Shown here: positions 1 to 12,800 of the stretch, piece by piece
How positions within the stretch are numbered: position 1 is the first letter of the stretch
How the letters are laid out: the number at the start of each line of letters is the position of its first letter
Assembly: GCA_028534125.1 (NCBI GenBank)
Contig: CM052816.1
Span: forward strand, 72,232,001 to 72,296,000
Direction: 5' to 3'
Length of the DNA stretch: 64,000 bases
Source: Lama glama
Taxonomy: Eukaryota
Program-made: the position numbers and the translations under genes
The notes under the pieces: model-generated
What the model was told of the DNA's origin: nothing
Databases searched by the model: none
The model's input: only the letters and a program-made list of their open reading frames with translations

Positions 1-559
1 CCTGACTCTGCTCCACTTGTGAGGAACATGACCTTAAGGTTCTCGTTGGTTTATCAGTGCATCAATTTTCTTGTTTTCAAATTGGTATGATAGTTTGCCT
101 CCAAGAAGCTTAGTGCATTTTATTTTTTTGCTGAATGAGGGCAGTAAGGGTTACAGTTGCTATTTAGAGAAATGCATTAGATAATAAAAAGCTTGAAGAA
201 CTTACATTAATAAAAAAAAAAGAGTTGAATGAGAATAAGGAAGATCAAATTGAAATAAAGAATGAGTCAGTAGGGTACGGACTGTTAAACGCTTGATGAG
301 ATTTCCCAGGTATTGACACACTGGTAACTTAAAATAAGAAGAATGGAAGAAAAGGTCAATTTGAATCCGTAAAATGTTGTGGGAGGTTGGGAGTAAGAAA
401 TAATATATCATAGAGTCTGGTACTAAAAGTTTTATTTATCTTACAGAAGAAAAGAGAGCAACCAAATAGAAGCAATAGGAAATGGATGAAAAGAGCTTTA
501 TCTACAATTATTAAAACCAGAAGAAATTCTATAAAGCTTTTTAAAGGAAGATTTATGAA

Positions 560-1290
560 ATTTAGATTTACAGAAAAGTATTTCTAATAAAGGCATATGT
601 ATGATCAACTGTTCATAATTAATATATAATGCTGACAAACTTCACAGGATATAAATGTAAGAGAATAATCTAATATAAAACGCATAAATAGAGCCACATA
701 AATTTTTGCTTAGGAAACGATTTTGGATGAAGAAAGTAGTGATTAAGGGCTTATATTAACATAAAAAACAATACAAAAATGGTTTATGTTGTGTTTGAAA
801 ATAGATAATAAAGTACTGAGTAATTTAGTACTCCAGTATCAAAGTGAAATAATAAGCAGCCTTCCAGGTCTTTGCCAGATTTATAGATGTGAAAACACGG
901 AGACTTGTGTTGGTAGGAATGCAGTGAAATGGGTACTTTCATATGCTGTTGCTCAAAGTATAAAATGGTACCATTATTTCTGGCATGAAATTTGAAAATA
1001 CGTATGTCAACCTTCAAAAATCTTTATCTACCATAATTCACTAATTACTTTCTAAGAAATAATCATTAGTACATGTATAGATTGGTATTTATTACAACAT
1101 GTTTAAAACAGAGTTGAGTATAAACTTTACTTCCAAAACACAGAGAGGAGGGTGCAGATTAGTTAAATATATGACAACAAAGAGACATAAAAATGCTGTG
1201 GAGTTGTTTAAAGGCACACTTATGAAAAATGTAAATGGCAATAAGATGACTGATGTACTATTTTCAAAAAGCTGGAGGTATTTTTCTACC
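560..1290 (+). mobile_element. Ancient L1 (L1ME-like) 3' fragment
   Basis: Degenerate L1 ORF2-end/3' UTR motifs, e.g. TGTTGGTAGGAATGCAGTGAAATGGGTACTTTCATATGCTGTTG...TATAAAATGGTAC. Boundaries approximate. Confidence 0.6.
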
Positions 1291-1417
1291 AGAAATATAG
1301 TAGACTAAATTTGTTGAACCTCCACCCTACTATGTAACATGTACAAATACCAGATAAAATGCACATTTCAATTTTATTTATTAATTAATTATTAAAATGT
1401 TATATTTAATTTATTTT

Positions 1418-1531
1418 GGGGGGGTAATTAGGTTGGTTTTTTTGTTTATTTTTAATAAAAGTACTGGGGATTGAACCCAGAATCTCGTACATGCTGAGCA
1501 TATACTCTACCACTGAGCTATACCCTCCCCC
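1418..1531 (-). mobile_element. tRNA(Ala)-derived SINE, camelid vic-1 type
   Basis: Reverse complement reads GGGGAGGGTATAGCTCAGTGGTAGAG (A box) ... GGGTTCAATCCCCAGTAC (B box), then an A-rich linker and CCTAATTACCCC. Confidence 0.85.
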
Positions 1532-2489
1532 AATGTCAATTTAAATGTGTATTGCTAACTTGCAAAGGAATTTAGGCAAATCCCATAGGCTAAACATGAG
1601 AAGAATATATGAATCCAGAGAGATCTGCAACCACCACAACCAGAGACTTTCATAAGACAGTGCTGTCCCTGAAACCCTGAGACTCATTTTTTATCACCAC
1701 CTGGGATATGGGAGAGTGGGAGACAAAGCTTAGTGGCTCCTCAGTGTAGCGGTTTTATAGAGAACCCTGCTAAAGCCAGAACTCCAAAGGACTATAATTT
1801 CAGTGAAGTGGCAGATTAGGAAAAACCTGCTTCTCAGAGGGGGCCAACTAGGAAATCTTCCTGCCCCAAACTTAGTGCTAGTTTGAGGGAGAAAAAATCA
1901 CAAGTCCATCCTCACAGGAATTTGTAGTTTAAAATTTCACTATCTAAACAATTTTTTAAAAAACTCAATTGGAAATTTACTTTATAGTTGTCCCTTGTTG
2001 ATGTTATCTCTAAGAATCTAGCCAAAACAAAAGCAAAGAATCTTTGGAGAAATCTATATGTATCTCAAGTCTCAAAGAATTACCACAGACAAAATTATAT
2101 GAAACAAATATGGCATTAAAAATAAGATTGTCACAAAACTCAGAAGGAAATAGGCATCATGAGCAGAAATGTAAAATAGAATTATAAAGATTTCAGATAT
2201 TGGAACTACTATGTAACCATAAAGACGATATTAAGTATGCTTAGAAATCAATGAAGTATGTCAGGCATATAAATTAGAAAAAATATACAATATTGAGCAG
2301 ATTAGGGACTATGCTGAATTCAGCACAGGGAGGAAAGGAAAAATGGACATGTGAAAGAGAGATTGAGAAATATATCTAATAAGATTTATCAAAGAAAAAG
2401 AGAATTAGGGAAAAGTTATATTCATGGAAAGAATATATGAGAACTTCTCGAAATTCAAATTTATCAATGTTCAAGATGAAATAAAACAC

Positions 2490-3020
2490 TTGAAAAATTT
2501 CCTAACCCTTTAAAGATATTTAATTAGAACTTAAAAATTCTTCCCTCCAAAAGAAAACCAACACAACCAGACATTTTTAGTGGTAAATTCCAACAAATGT
2601 TTTCAAGAAATGTATAATTTTTGTCATACAAAAAGTACTTCAAAATGGAAAAAGAAGGAACATGTGTTAGTTCACTTTATGAGACCACTTCAATCTTGAT
2701 ACCAATATTATAAAAGTAATGTACAATAAAGGAAAATTATAACCAATTTCCCTCATGAACCTAATGGCAAAAATTCCAAATTAGAAATTAGCCCATGAAG
2801 TCCAGCAATTTATAAAACAAGATAACATAGTATAAAAACTAGGTTTATTCCATGAATGCAAGGATTTTTAACAATAGAAAAAATGTATGAATCTAGTTCA
2901 TCACATTAGCAAGTTAAAGGAGGAAAAGCAAATAATCGTTTTGGGAGATGAAGAAAATACATTCAACAAAATTAAATAATTAAGCTTGATGAATTTTTTT
3001 AGCAAACTAGAAATAGAATA
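2490..3020 (+). mobile_element. Ancient L1 ORF2 (RT-proximal) fragment
   Basis: Degenerate L1 ORF2 sequence: AATCTTGATACCAA, GGAAAATTATAACCAATTTCCCTCATGAAC, GGTTTATTCCATGAATGCAAGGA, AGCAAACTAGAAATAGAA. Confidence 0.8.
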
Positions 3021-3024
3021 GCTT

Positions 3025-3500
3025 TTAGTGTCCACTTATAAATCAGAAATTATTCTTGGTCTTTCAAGTAGAGCTGATTTAATGCAGATAATTGCTTACA
3101 CAGATGATGGAAGCCAAACCAGGCATGGTGAGTTAGCTACTTGAGAGCTGGAAACCAGTAATGCCCCTAGGGCCAGAACGGTAGTGTTAGGAGCTGTGTT
3201 ATCAGAGACAGGAGCCCAGAATCTCAGGCAGGTGCTAGAGCGAAGATCAGCATTTTCTAGTGTAATTGGCTTAATGGAAGTAGGAGATATCTGTCAGGAG
3301 TTGGGCCCTCAGAAAAGAGACATGCTTTACTGGAGATACCATAGGAGACAGAGCTGACACCCTGGCTTCTCCCACTGCCTTCCACTGGCTAGCCTAGTGA
3401 GAAATTGGAGGCCAAAGATGCCTGGAAATGTATTTTCCTGAAATACAAAACAGAGTAGCACAGTAGACAGGAAGTGATCTGAGAACAAACTAATTTGGGA
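3025..3500. mobile_element. Old MaLR/ERVL-type solo LTR nested in L1 debris
   Basis: GC-richer block with GATTTAATGCAGATAATTGCTTACACAGATGATGGAAG, typical of old MLT1-like LTRs; L1-like sequence on both sides. Confidence 0.5.
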
Positions 3501-4389
3501 TCCAATAAATGACTGAGTAGAGCAAGGAAGAGAGGGGCTAGTCAAAGCAAGTGAGCTTCAAAGGTATTTCTATGCCCTAGTTTTAAAACTTGAGGGTGGA
3601 TACATTATTGCTTTATTATGAATGTGCATATCTTATATATATTTTATGAATATTATTTCATATGTATTCAGTATTTAATTACTTTTCAAAAGCGCAGTAT
3701 ACAATTTTGTATGTACAGTATAATCCCATTATTGTTTTGCACACTTTGACATAGAGTATTCAAATACATAAATATGAAAATATCCACAAACTTTGAAAGA
3801 GAGAAAGAATATGAACATGAGCCAAAAGATACCCCGTATTATAGTTATATTACAAGCAGTGAATTTTAAAAGGAAGAAACAAATTGCAGAAGAAAATATC
3901 CACCATCTTTAGAAACCATCCAAGATATGTTCTGTGGTCATTCAAAATTCAACTACCACAAACTTAGAGAAGTATAACTGAATTATAGTTTAACTCAGAA
4001 AGCTAATATATTAGCAACCGTATTTATTCTGTCTCAGGAAATGATGTCTCAACAGAAGAGGGTTAATATGCATGGAGTCTGTAAAAGAGAAGCTTGGATA
4101 ATTAAGCTACATATTTGTCCAGGATGGTCCAGAGGCAAAGGACAGAATGAATCTCTGATTTTTTTTCTTTTTATATTAATAGATGTAATATAAATCAGAG
4201 AAAGAATAGTGAAAGGAAGTATGTTAAGATTTTAATAGTGACTATTTCTGTCAAGGATTTTTGTTTTATTCACTATTTTATATGTATTTCCAATGCTTCA
4301 TAATGGGTATGTATTGTTTTAAAAGTGCAAAAACAGCAATGAGTAATGCACTCGATACAATTTTTGAAAAAAATTGTGACCTTTGCCAT

Positions 4390-4730
4390 TGTCTCAGTCT
4401 GGGCTGCTATAACAAATTATCGCAGACTGGGCTTATAAACAACAGAAATTTATTTCTCACAGTTCTGGAGGCTAGAGATCCAAGATCAAGGCCCTCATAA
4501 ATCTGGTATCTGGTGAGAGTCCACTTTCTGGTACATAGACAGCTGTCTTTTCACGTGTCCTTACATGGCAGAAAGGGCAAGGGATCTCCTTGGGGTCTTT
4601 CTCATAAGGGCACTGGTTCCATTCCTGAGGGCTCTGTCCTCATGACCTAATCATCTCCCAAAGCCCCACGTCCCTATACCATCAGTTTAACATATACATT
4701 TTGGAAGATACAAACATTCAGACCATAGCT
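4390..4730 (-). mobile_element. MaLR solo LTR (MLT1A-like)
   Basis: GGGCTGCTATAACAAA...AAACAACAGAAATTTATTTCTCACAGTTCTGGAGGCT...CATGACCTAATCA...CAAACATTCAGACCATAGC, the reverse of the MLT1A consensus. Confidence 0.9.
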
Positions 4731-5322
4731 AATATCAACATAGTACTGGACACACCAGGAATTCACTTTTAATTGTGCATTTCTGTCCTTGTCTAGAGAC
4801 CTGACTGTTCTGATGAATACAGTGAGAAGATACAATATCCCTGGAAAGAGAACTGAAATTTTCCCATAGCCTGCCCTATGAAACACTAATACTCTCCATC
4901 CTTGTGAGAAGATATCTTATGCCTTTGAAAGCTAATATCTTGGCTAATCAGCTGAGAGCCAAGCTCTCAGACATTGCCATATAAGAGAGGTTCCGGGGTA
5001 GAGAAAAAAGGGACGTTGATAAAAGAAATTGACAGGTGGCCATGGAAAATTTTTTCTAATCCCATTATTTTTCCTAGGACTGGCCCTGTATTGCAGAATG
5101 AACATATATTTTCTATCAATAAAGTTCTAGTAATGAACTGCGATATAGGGATTTTTAAATGAAGTTTCAAAGAATAGAGTATGTGTACACATAGTGGTTA
5201 TGCTTTGTTTCCCTTTGTGTGTTATTATCCTGTGGTTAGATTATACTTGCGGTTTCTTTGGGAAAGAGGGACACTGTCTTTGACAAGCTAGGACTTGGAT
5301 TTTCTTAAGCATCTTGGTCCTA

Positions 5323-5765
5323 TAGGGTGGTTCTCAACCTTGGCTGCACATTAGTATCACTTTAGACTTTGGGAGTGGGACAAGCATCATTCTTTTTTTA
5401 GAGCTAAGAACCATCAGACCTAAGAACCATCAGTCTTAAAACACTGCAATTCCTATGAGGAACATAGATGTTTTAAGTAGATTTGTTACAGTCACATCAT
5501 CACTAGTCCAGACCAGTCTACAGGAATCTACCAGTGGTAAGAAAGATAACCACTGAATTAAATTTAAGAGAGTAAGTATCATTAATGTAGAATGATGTTT
5601 GGTCGTGTTTGAGGTCCAGGATCTAGGTATGGGCACAACAGAATCATCTTTGGAGCTTTAAAAAAGTGCTCTGGCCCCACTTTGTCCCAATTAAATCCAG
5701 ATCTCTACCTGATTGTGTCTAGAAATAGTGATTCTGATGCACAGCCAGGGTAAAGAGCCAGCATT
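5323..5765. mobile_element. Two MER5-family (hAT-Charlie MITE) fragments at about 5323-5420 and 5635-5765
   Basis: GTGGTTCTCAACCTTGGCTGCACATTAG terminus; GTGATTCTGATGCACAGCCAGG terminus. Confidence 0.65.
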
Positions 5766-6659
5766 CAAAAGAACTGTTATGTGAAACAGCTGTTTCAGAA
5801 GAGACAGTCTCCAGACTTTGAATTCAGAAGAGACAAGGCAAAGCCATAAAACAATCAAGTCAATGTCTCAAAAAGCTGGTAGATAACAAGGTGTCAATTT
5901 AAATTAATTGGTTATTTGGTTAGAATTGGCTGGAGTAAAATTTCACTTAAATTCCAGCTAGCCAAATAGAATGAAAATATTGAGTGTCCTTTTATAGAAA
6001 CAATACTGTGAGGTTTTTTTTTTTTTTTGAGTGCTTTGAAAGAGGCTGGAAGAGTTAGATATGAAGTACATCATTTGTTCAATGGGCAAAGGTTTTGTTT
6101 TATTTTATTTATGTAATTTGAAATGTCTGGCCACTTGGAATAGTGACTGAAAGTGAATGTAAAATGGAAAATGTAGTCACTGAGACTGACTAACAATCAT
6201 GGGCAGAAAAATAGGCCAAGTGGAAAAACTTATTCATGTAATTGCTTCATTTTGCTGACTACAAAAGGACTTATTTTGGAAGTGATTTCAGGTATTTAAC
6301 TTTGTAGATTGATAGATCAGAGAGAAGCCTGAAAAAATGACATTACACAATTTTGTTCACAATGTGAATTTATGTATGTATACAAAAGGTGTATGCTACT
6401 TTCTGTATCTACCTTATAAGAACTTTGTCTTGAAAAAAATGATTACTGTACAAAACAAATAGTCTTTGTGAAAGGAAATAGGAAGATAGAGTAGTTTCCT
6501 AAAAGTGATAAACAAATTATCAAGTTTCAAAAAGATAAGACTTATTTTTCTTTATTTACACACAAAAATAAATGGGAGAAAATAGAAACAGCCCATTATT
6601 TCATTTACCTGATAACTCATGCTGACATAAAAAATATAATTCATGCACCTGGTAGGAAA

Positions 6660-7990
6660 ATCCAGGAATTAAATTAGGGTAGAAATAAAATATAAAATTC
6701 TCCCCTTCTAGTCTCCTGCCAGTGGACATCCAGAACTTCCCTTGAAGGTAGTAACTGTTGACAACTTCTTGAGTGCCTTTCTAAACCCGATTTTAACACA
6801 TAGCCCCCAGTAAAGAATGTATATATTAAACAAGTTATAGAAAATATAACTTTACTTTTTAGAATCACACAAAAGGATGTTCAGAACCTAGGCTTTGTGC
6901 TTTCCCCTCCAGCTTTACTGAAACATAATTGACAACATTATGTAGGTTTAAGGTGTACAGTCTGATGATTTATGTATACATTACAAAATGATTACCAAGG
7001 CTTTGTGTTTTTGTTCAATGATTTACCTTCAAGATATTCTTACTTTTAACAACTGCATTGTATGACTATGTCATTTAAACAATCTGCTACCAATAATATT
7101 AATAACACATCTTGGTTTGTGTACTTTTGCAAGATTATCTGTGCTATAAATTCATGTCAGTGAAATTGCTGTAGAATGTATGAATTTAACGTTTTATGTT
7201 GCTGTAACCAAATATACTCCCAAAACATGGCCCCAGTTTATATTCCTACTAACATCTTAGGAGAATGTCTAATACTCATACCCTTGCTAACACTGAATAT
7301 TATTGAATTTTTTAAAGTTTCACTAATCTGATTGACTGACATTGAATATCTCATACTACTTCTGGCCATTTGTGTTTCCTTTTTTACCTATTCATCTCCC
7401 TTGTAAATTATTATATTGGATTTTTGTTTTTTTCACTTCAGAAATTAGCAAAGAGTGAAATAATTGGCTGTAGTGAAAATGGAGAAAAAGAAACAAATAT
7501 ACAGTACAACTCAGCACAATATTTTGAAGGTCAACTAGGCCCAATATCTTTAAATTATTATAAATTTTTGATGTAGCAAATTCTTTCTAGTAATTTTCCT
7601 ACACAAATAATACAGGAGAAAGCTATCTTTACAAATATTATTTTTATTTTTATAATATTTGTAATACAATGTGATCAGAAAAATTATGAGCAACTTAAAT
7701 TCCCATCCATAGGCCTCCATAAATATCTTCTGGTATATTATATTATGTATATTACACAATGAAATGTATTTTGTTGTTTAAAAGAATGGATTAGTTTATA
7801 CTGTCATGTGAAGACATTTATTTTGTGGTATACACAATTAGAAAAACATAGGTTATTCAAAATAACATGTCTAGTATGTTCTTTTTTGCAAAAATAATTT
7901 TATCCATAGGAAAAATGTTTGGATATTTTACATCTAAATGTTAGCAGTGATTATCTTGGGATGTAGGACTGCTGGTAATTTTCCCCTTAA
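6660..7990. mobile_element. Ancient L1ME fragments (minus about 6660-7430, plus about 7440-7990)
   Basis: Degenerate L1 3' motifs such as CCAGTTTATATTCCTACTAACA...CATACCCTTGCTAACACTG and AAATGTTAGCAGTGATTATCTTGGG. Confidence 0.55.
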
Positions 7991-8030
7991 AATTTTTTTA
8001 AAGTTTTTTTGTTGTTGTTTGTTTTGTTTT

Positions 8031-8159
8031 GGGGGGAGATAATCAGGTTTATTTATTTATTTTTATTTACTTATTTTTTAAAATGGAGGTACTGGAGATG
8101 GAACCCAGGACCTCACGAATGCTAGGGATGAGCTTTACCACTGGGCTATACCCTCCCCC
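8031..8159 (-). mobile_element. tRNA(Ala)-derived SINE, camelid vic-1 type (second copy)
   Basis: Reverse complement GGGGAGGGTATAGCCCAGTGGTAAAG...CCTGGGTTCCATCTCCAGTACCTCC plus A-rich segment; collinear with the copy at 1418-1531. Confidence 0.85.
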
Positions 8160-9724
8160 ACAAAACTTTTTAAAAGCCATTTTGTACTTACTGTTTATGA
8201 TAAGAACATATTACTTTTGTAACAAAAAATAACAGTGAAATTATTTCCCTCTGGAAAAATTAAATCCAACTGGAAAATGTTGTATCATTGTTATCTGACA
8301 CAACAGGGCTTTCTCATCCTTAGTGCTTGTGTAAAGTAATGGTGAAACCACACGTTATCAGATGTGTGGTTTTCTGCCTTATGGTGAAGATGAGTTTGGA
8401 GAGTTATGAGCTTTTAGTCTGAAGCGTGGTGTTCAAAAAAGCATCATATCAGCTTTCAGAATATTCTGACTTCTTGGCCTGTACTCTACTTTTCATCGTA
8501 TTATTTATTAGCACGAGTATGTTATGACTATTTCCCAGAGAATAAGAGAGAGAAAGATAAGGAAACTGAGAAGTAATGAAACTAGATTCAGTGAATACTC
8601 TGGCTTGTTAGCAGCTTTCATGAACAATTTGTTTTTGAAGAAGCTGAACCCGTTAGCTTAAGCACGGTTTAACCCTATTAGCTCTAACAGAGCATGGACA
8701 ATTAAAAGTTTATTGGAAATAATGCAGCATAATGAGATGGGAGAAAGATGATTTAAAGGAAATTATATGAAGTGCTTTGAACTAGCCAAGGAAAAACAAA
8801 TGGAAACTACCATTTGATAAAGGTTATTATAAACCGATAAACTGATTCAAAGTATAAGAATAGACAATTGGGAAGCATGAGTGAATTTACAGTGACAAAT
8901 GGTAAAGATGTACAAATACTGGAAAGAGGAACTGTGAGTGGATGCAGGAGCTGATGATATACTTTCACAGAGGACACCTATTCATTCATGAAGAAATTTC
9001 AGTCTTCAAAACATTACCATTTCTCCAGTAAGAATTCCAGGAACTCACTATTAAAGAATAAAAATTTTACTGTCTTCTTAGGAGAAAAGGGAGAAATTAA
9101 AAATTTTTGTAATTCTTGAATAGCAAAAACAGAGAAAACAACACAAAACACCAGTGAAACCAGCAGGGCCTGGAGCTCATGGACTGGACTACAGATCACC
9201 CACATGTGATACTACTTCTGCCTGCATAATCCAGACGTTCTCATTTTGGGCCTCTGTGTCCAAGACTCTTGGAAATTTGTTGTCAGGCTACAGCTTTCTG
9301 ATTTTGTGTAACGTCAGGGAGACATTCTTGTTTGGGTGAAAGTGTTGAGAAATCTAGCAAATAACATTTTACACTTTTTTGGGGAGTGTATGTGTACTGA
9401 AGATTTTGATACTTTCTAGCATCCTCTGTGTTATTTTCCTTTTTGCACAACATGAGCTCAAAATTTTTGCACTCATTGGAACCTTTTGAGATGTGGGTCA
9501 GTGAATTGTCATGTTCTATGCTTCCTTTTGACAGATGAATGAAATCGTAAAGCTTTTTGCGGGTTTGAAATGAAAGTTTTTTCCTATTCTTATGAAAAAA
9601 GGTTAATTAGCCTTTACAGTCTGTTTTTAAGTGTTACTACTCTTTCTACTCCCCACCCCCCGGTCAGGAAACTTTGGACAGTTAATGTGACACAAAAGTT
9701 GGTCATTTTGTGAATATTCTAGGA

Positions 9725-9880
9725 TAGTGGTTCTCAAAGTAGTGGGAACTTGTTAGAAATGCAAATTCTCAGGCCTTACCTACTGAAGTACTTACTGCCA
9801 GGTGAGTACCAAGGAATTTGTATTTCAATAAGCCTTCTTTCCAGGTGATTCTCATGCACACTGAAGTTGAATCACCACTG
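9725..9880. mobile_element. MER5A hAT-Charlie MITE
   Basis: AGTGGTTCTCAAAGT...GGGAACTTGTTAGAAATGCAAATTCTCAGGCC...CCAGGTGATTCTCATGCACACTGAAGTTGAATCACCACTG, with both terminal inverted repeats. Confidence 0.85.
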
Positions 9881-12800
9881 TAGCAATAGCTAATGAAGAC
9901 AGTTTTACATAGCTTGTAAAATGGAGAGTTCTAACTTTGGAGAGGTTTTGCTTGGTTTGCCTAAACCAAGCATTTGGTGAGCCTGAATACGTTTTGTAGT
10001 GGGAATTGTTGCTTTTGACTTGTCTGGAGTTGCATCCCCTTCTGCAAACTCTAAAGCATTTCAAGTGTATAGCTTTCTCTGTCCTCTCAAAAGAAAACAG
10101 GAAAATCTCACAGAAATATAAAAATAAGTCAAAATAAGATGCAAAGAATATTCTGTATGCCAACAATAGGTATTACTAAATCTCAACAATTATGTCCCTA
10201 GCTTGACTCACCATCTGACTGGATGAGGACTATAAATAAATAGCACATAAAAGTACATAATAAAATAGGGAGAAAATCATCACTGGCCCAGAATTTGATA
10301 ATGACCTTCTGTTATTTGATGTAAATATCTTTCAGACAAATTCTTACATATTTTACTATCTCTAGAGAAAATTAACAAATTAGGTTAAACAATCTCTTAA
10401 ATTTAATGAAGCTCCTATTTTCATTGGCTTAACTATATAAACACAGGTGACTTCCTGAACTTTGTGTAGCTAAGAGGAAAAAATATAGAGGTTTAGTTCT
10501 GAGTTGAATTAATGGACTTCATTGCTATGTGAGACAAAGGAAGGCAGGTGAGTGAAAGGAATCAAATAACACTAAGGACTTTGGTACTTTAAAACCAAAT
10601 TTGAAGGGTTTTTCTATTTAATTAAAATGAAGTTTACCAATATTTCTAATCTTGGGAAATTCTTGAATAAATGCATATGGTTTGATAGTTTTGGTCTAAA
10701 GTAAAAAAAATTACAAGCCAGAAAATCATGTCCTAAGTTCGGAAAGACACCAACAAAGGATAGCTTTAAGCCTAATTAAGATCGTTGATTTGGAAATTAA
10801 CTTCTTAAAAACTCTGAGATTTCATATACCAAGGCTATGAGAATTCTATCTGATACTTCTGCAGTGTAACTTACTACATACTGAAAATTCATTCTCCATA
10901 AAAAGTTGTTTCTATAACCTTCTTGTCTTCCTGCTCCCAGCAAGCATCTTCATTTTTTGGTTACGTTAAAGAATTCAGGTCTATCGTAATTCTTACATGC
11001 AGTATAAAGAACACCCAGAATTACATGTCCTACGACTAATCCTTGAGTAACAACTCTCATGGGACTAAGATGAATGAACATTTTCTGACTTCTGTACTCT
11101 AACTTATAAAGGTCTTGGGACACTACAGTCATAAAGCCGGTAACCCTCTGGGGACAGAGGGGAGGCTCTAGATTTCCCCGTCAGTTGGGATAATTGGCTT
11201 TCCTCTTCATTTGTAGAGCAACTGTTATCTGATGCCTTTTTTCTCTTTGAAGTGCTCCATCACCTTCTGTCTGTTTTCTGTTGTTCCTTGAGGAGGAGAA
11301 CCACATGTCAGTACAGTCTAAGGTAGGGACACATTTACATGACTTTTCCCACTAACTGATAATGGGAAAGCCCAGACCCACAAACCCCCTGGGCGAGTGG
11401 CCGGCTGCTCTGGGCCAAGGTTTCCACTACCTCTGCTGGAAACTCATTGGTAGTGGCACCTGGGCCGCAAACATTTCATAGCAGAGCTCTCAACTTAAGC
11501 CCCGGTACCTGATCCCTAGACAGAGAGATTCATGGGGAAAGTGGGCACAGGGGTATAATAGGCTGGGGTGGAGTTGTAGGAGGCTGGCCAAGATTCTTGT
11601 TCCTTTAGAAGATGTGCTTTCCAGAGTAGTGCCAACACAGCTGGGATGCTGAATTGAGTTGGGAGCCTACCTGGGGTTACCTAATGGCAGGGCCTTTGAA
11701 CCTGCATCTTCTATTGTTGGAATAGGGAGTCTCAGCCCTGTAGATGGGAAAGAATGTCACTTTTTGGCAAGGTATAGACACTGAGAAATTTGGGTATCTT
11801 TTACAAAAATGATACCCTTAAAATTACAAGTACTGCAGAAGAAATCATGTGGAGAGAATTGGATAGGCTAATCTGCTCTCAATGGAGCTAGTAAATGCAT
11901 TAAAATAAATTAAAACCATAGGGCTTTACACCTATAGACAGAAGTAAACTCTTGAATCTTAGCATCATATAGTTCCATTAAAAAAACATATAAAGAGGTA
12001 ATTATATATTAATCAACATTTCTTGTTATATCCTTGCAAATAAAATGAGTCAGAGTAAAATGTAAAATCAATCATACTAGTCTAGAAAATTGTTAAGCAA
12101 ATGTAGGTAGACAAATGTGTCCTAGAGGGGAGGAAGCATGACCACAAGAAGGATGTAAAAGCAGAAGTGACACCTGGCACTGCCACCATTGTAAGCACAT
12201 ACATCATAACCTACGACTGAAGGAAGAAGGAAAAAACCTCACACTTCACACTCCGAGACAAATTAAAAAAAAAAAGAATCTGTCTGTCTAGCTCTAGTCC
12301 TCCAAGTAAATAAAACCTTGAGTACTTCCTTTCAGTTGCTAACTCCTTAATGAGAATGACTTTATTGTCAACTTTTGCAATGTTATTGTCTAAAGAAATG
12401 TCATGAAGTTTGTGAATATGGTAACTACGACAAAATTGCTGTTTTCCACCATGAACACACTATGTAAACTTGACAGTCTTCATAATAATGTTTGCTTGCT
12501 TTAAAAAACACTTGTCCTGTTTTTAAATTCGTTGGGGTGGATCTTCCGAAGTCTGACTTCCTTACATTTCTTTGCAAGTAAATGCTGATTTCTACTTTTT
12601 TCCCATTTGCTTTTGTTTTGGAGACTTCCCTTTCATGCTCCACACACACAAATCAGTAGGTGATGGAACCTGCAGCTATATTTGGGATTTTATGCTCCAC
12701 CGTTCATTTTCAGTGGAAGAGAATATTTTTGTTCTAGCCTTCTTAACAAAAGAACTGAAATTCACCCAGAACCAATAAATGTCCTTTATATTTATATACC

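Noticed and set aside
1455..1531. tRNA-Ala gene (also about 8085-8159)
   Set aside because: Carries the SINE tail and substitutions in the stems; it is a SINE head, not a tRNA gene.
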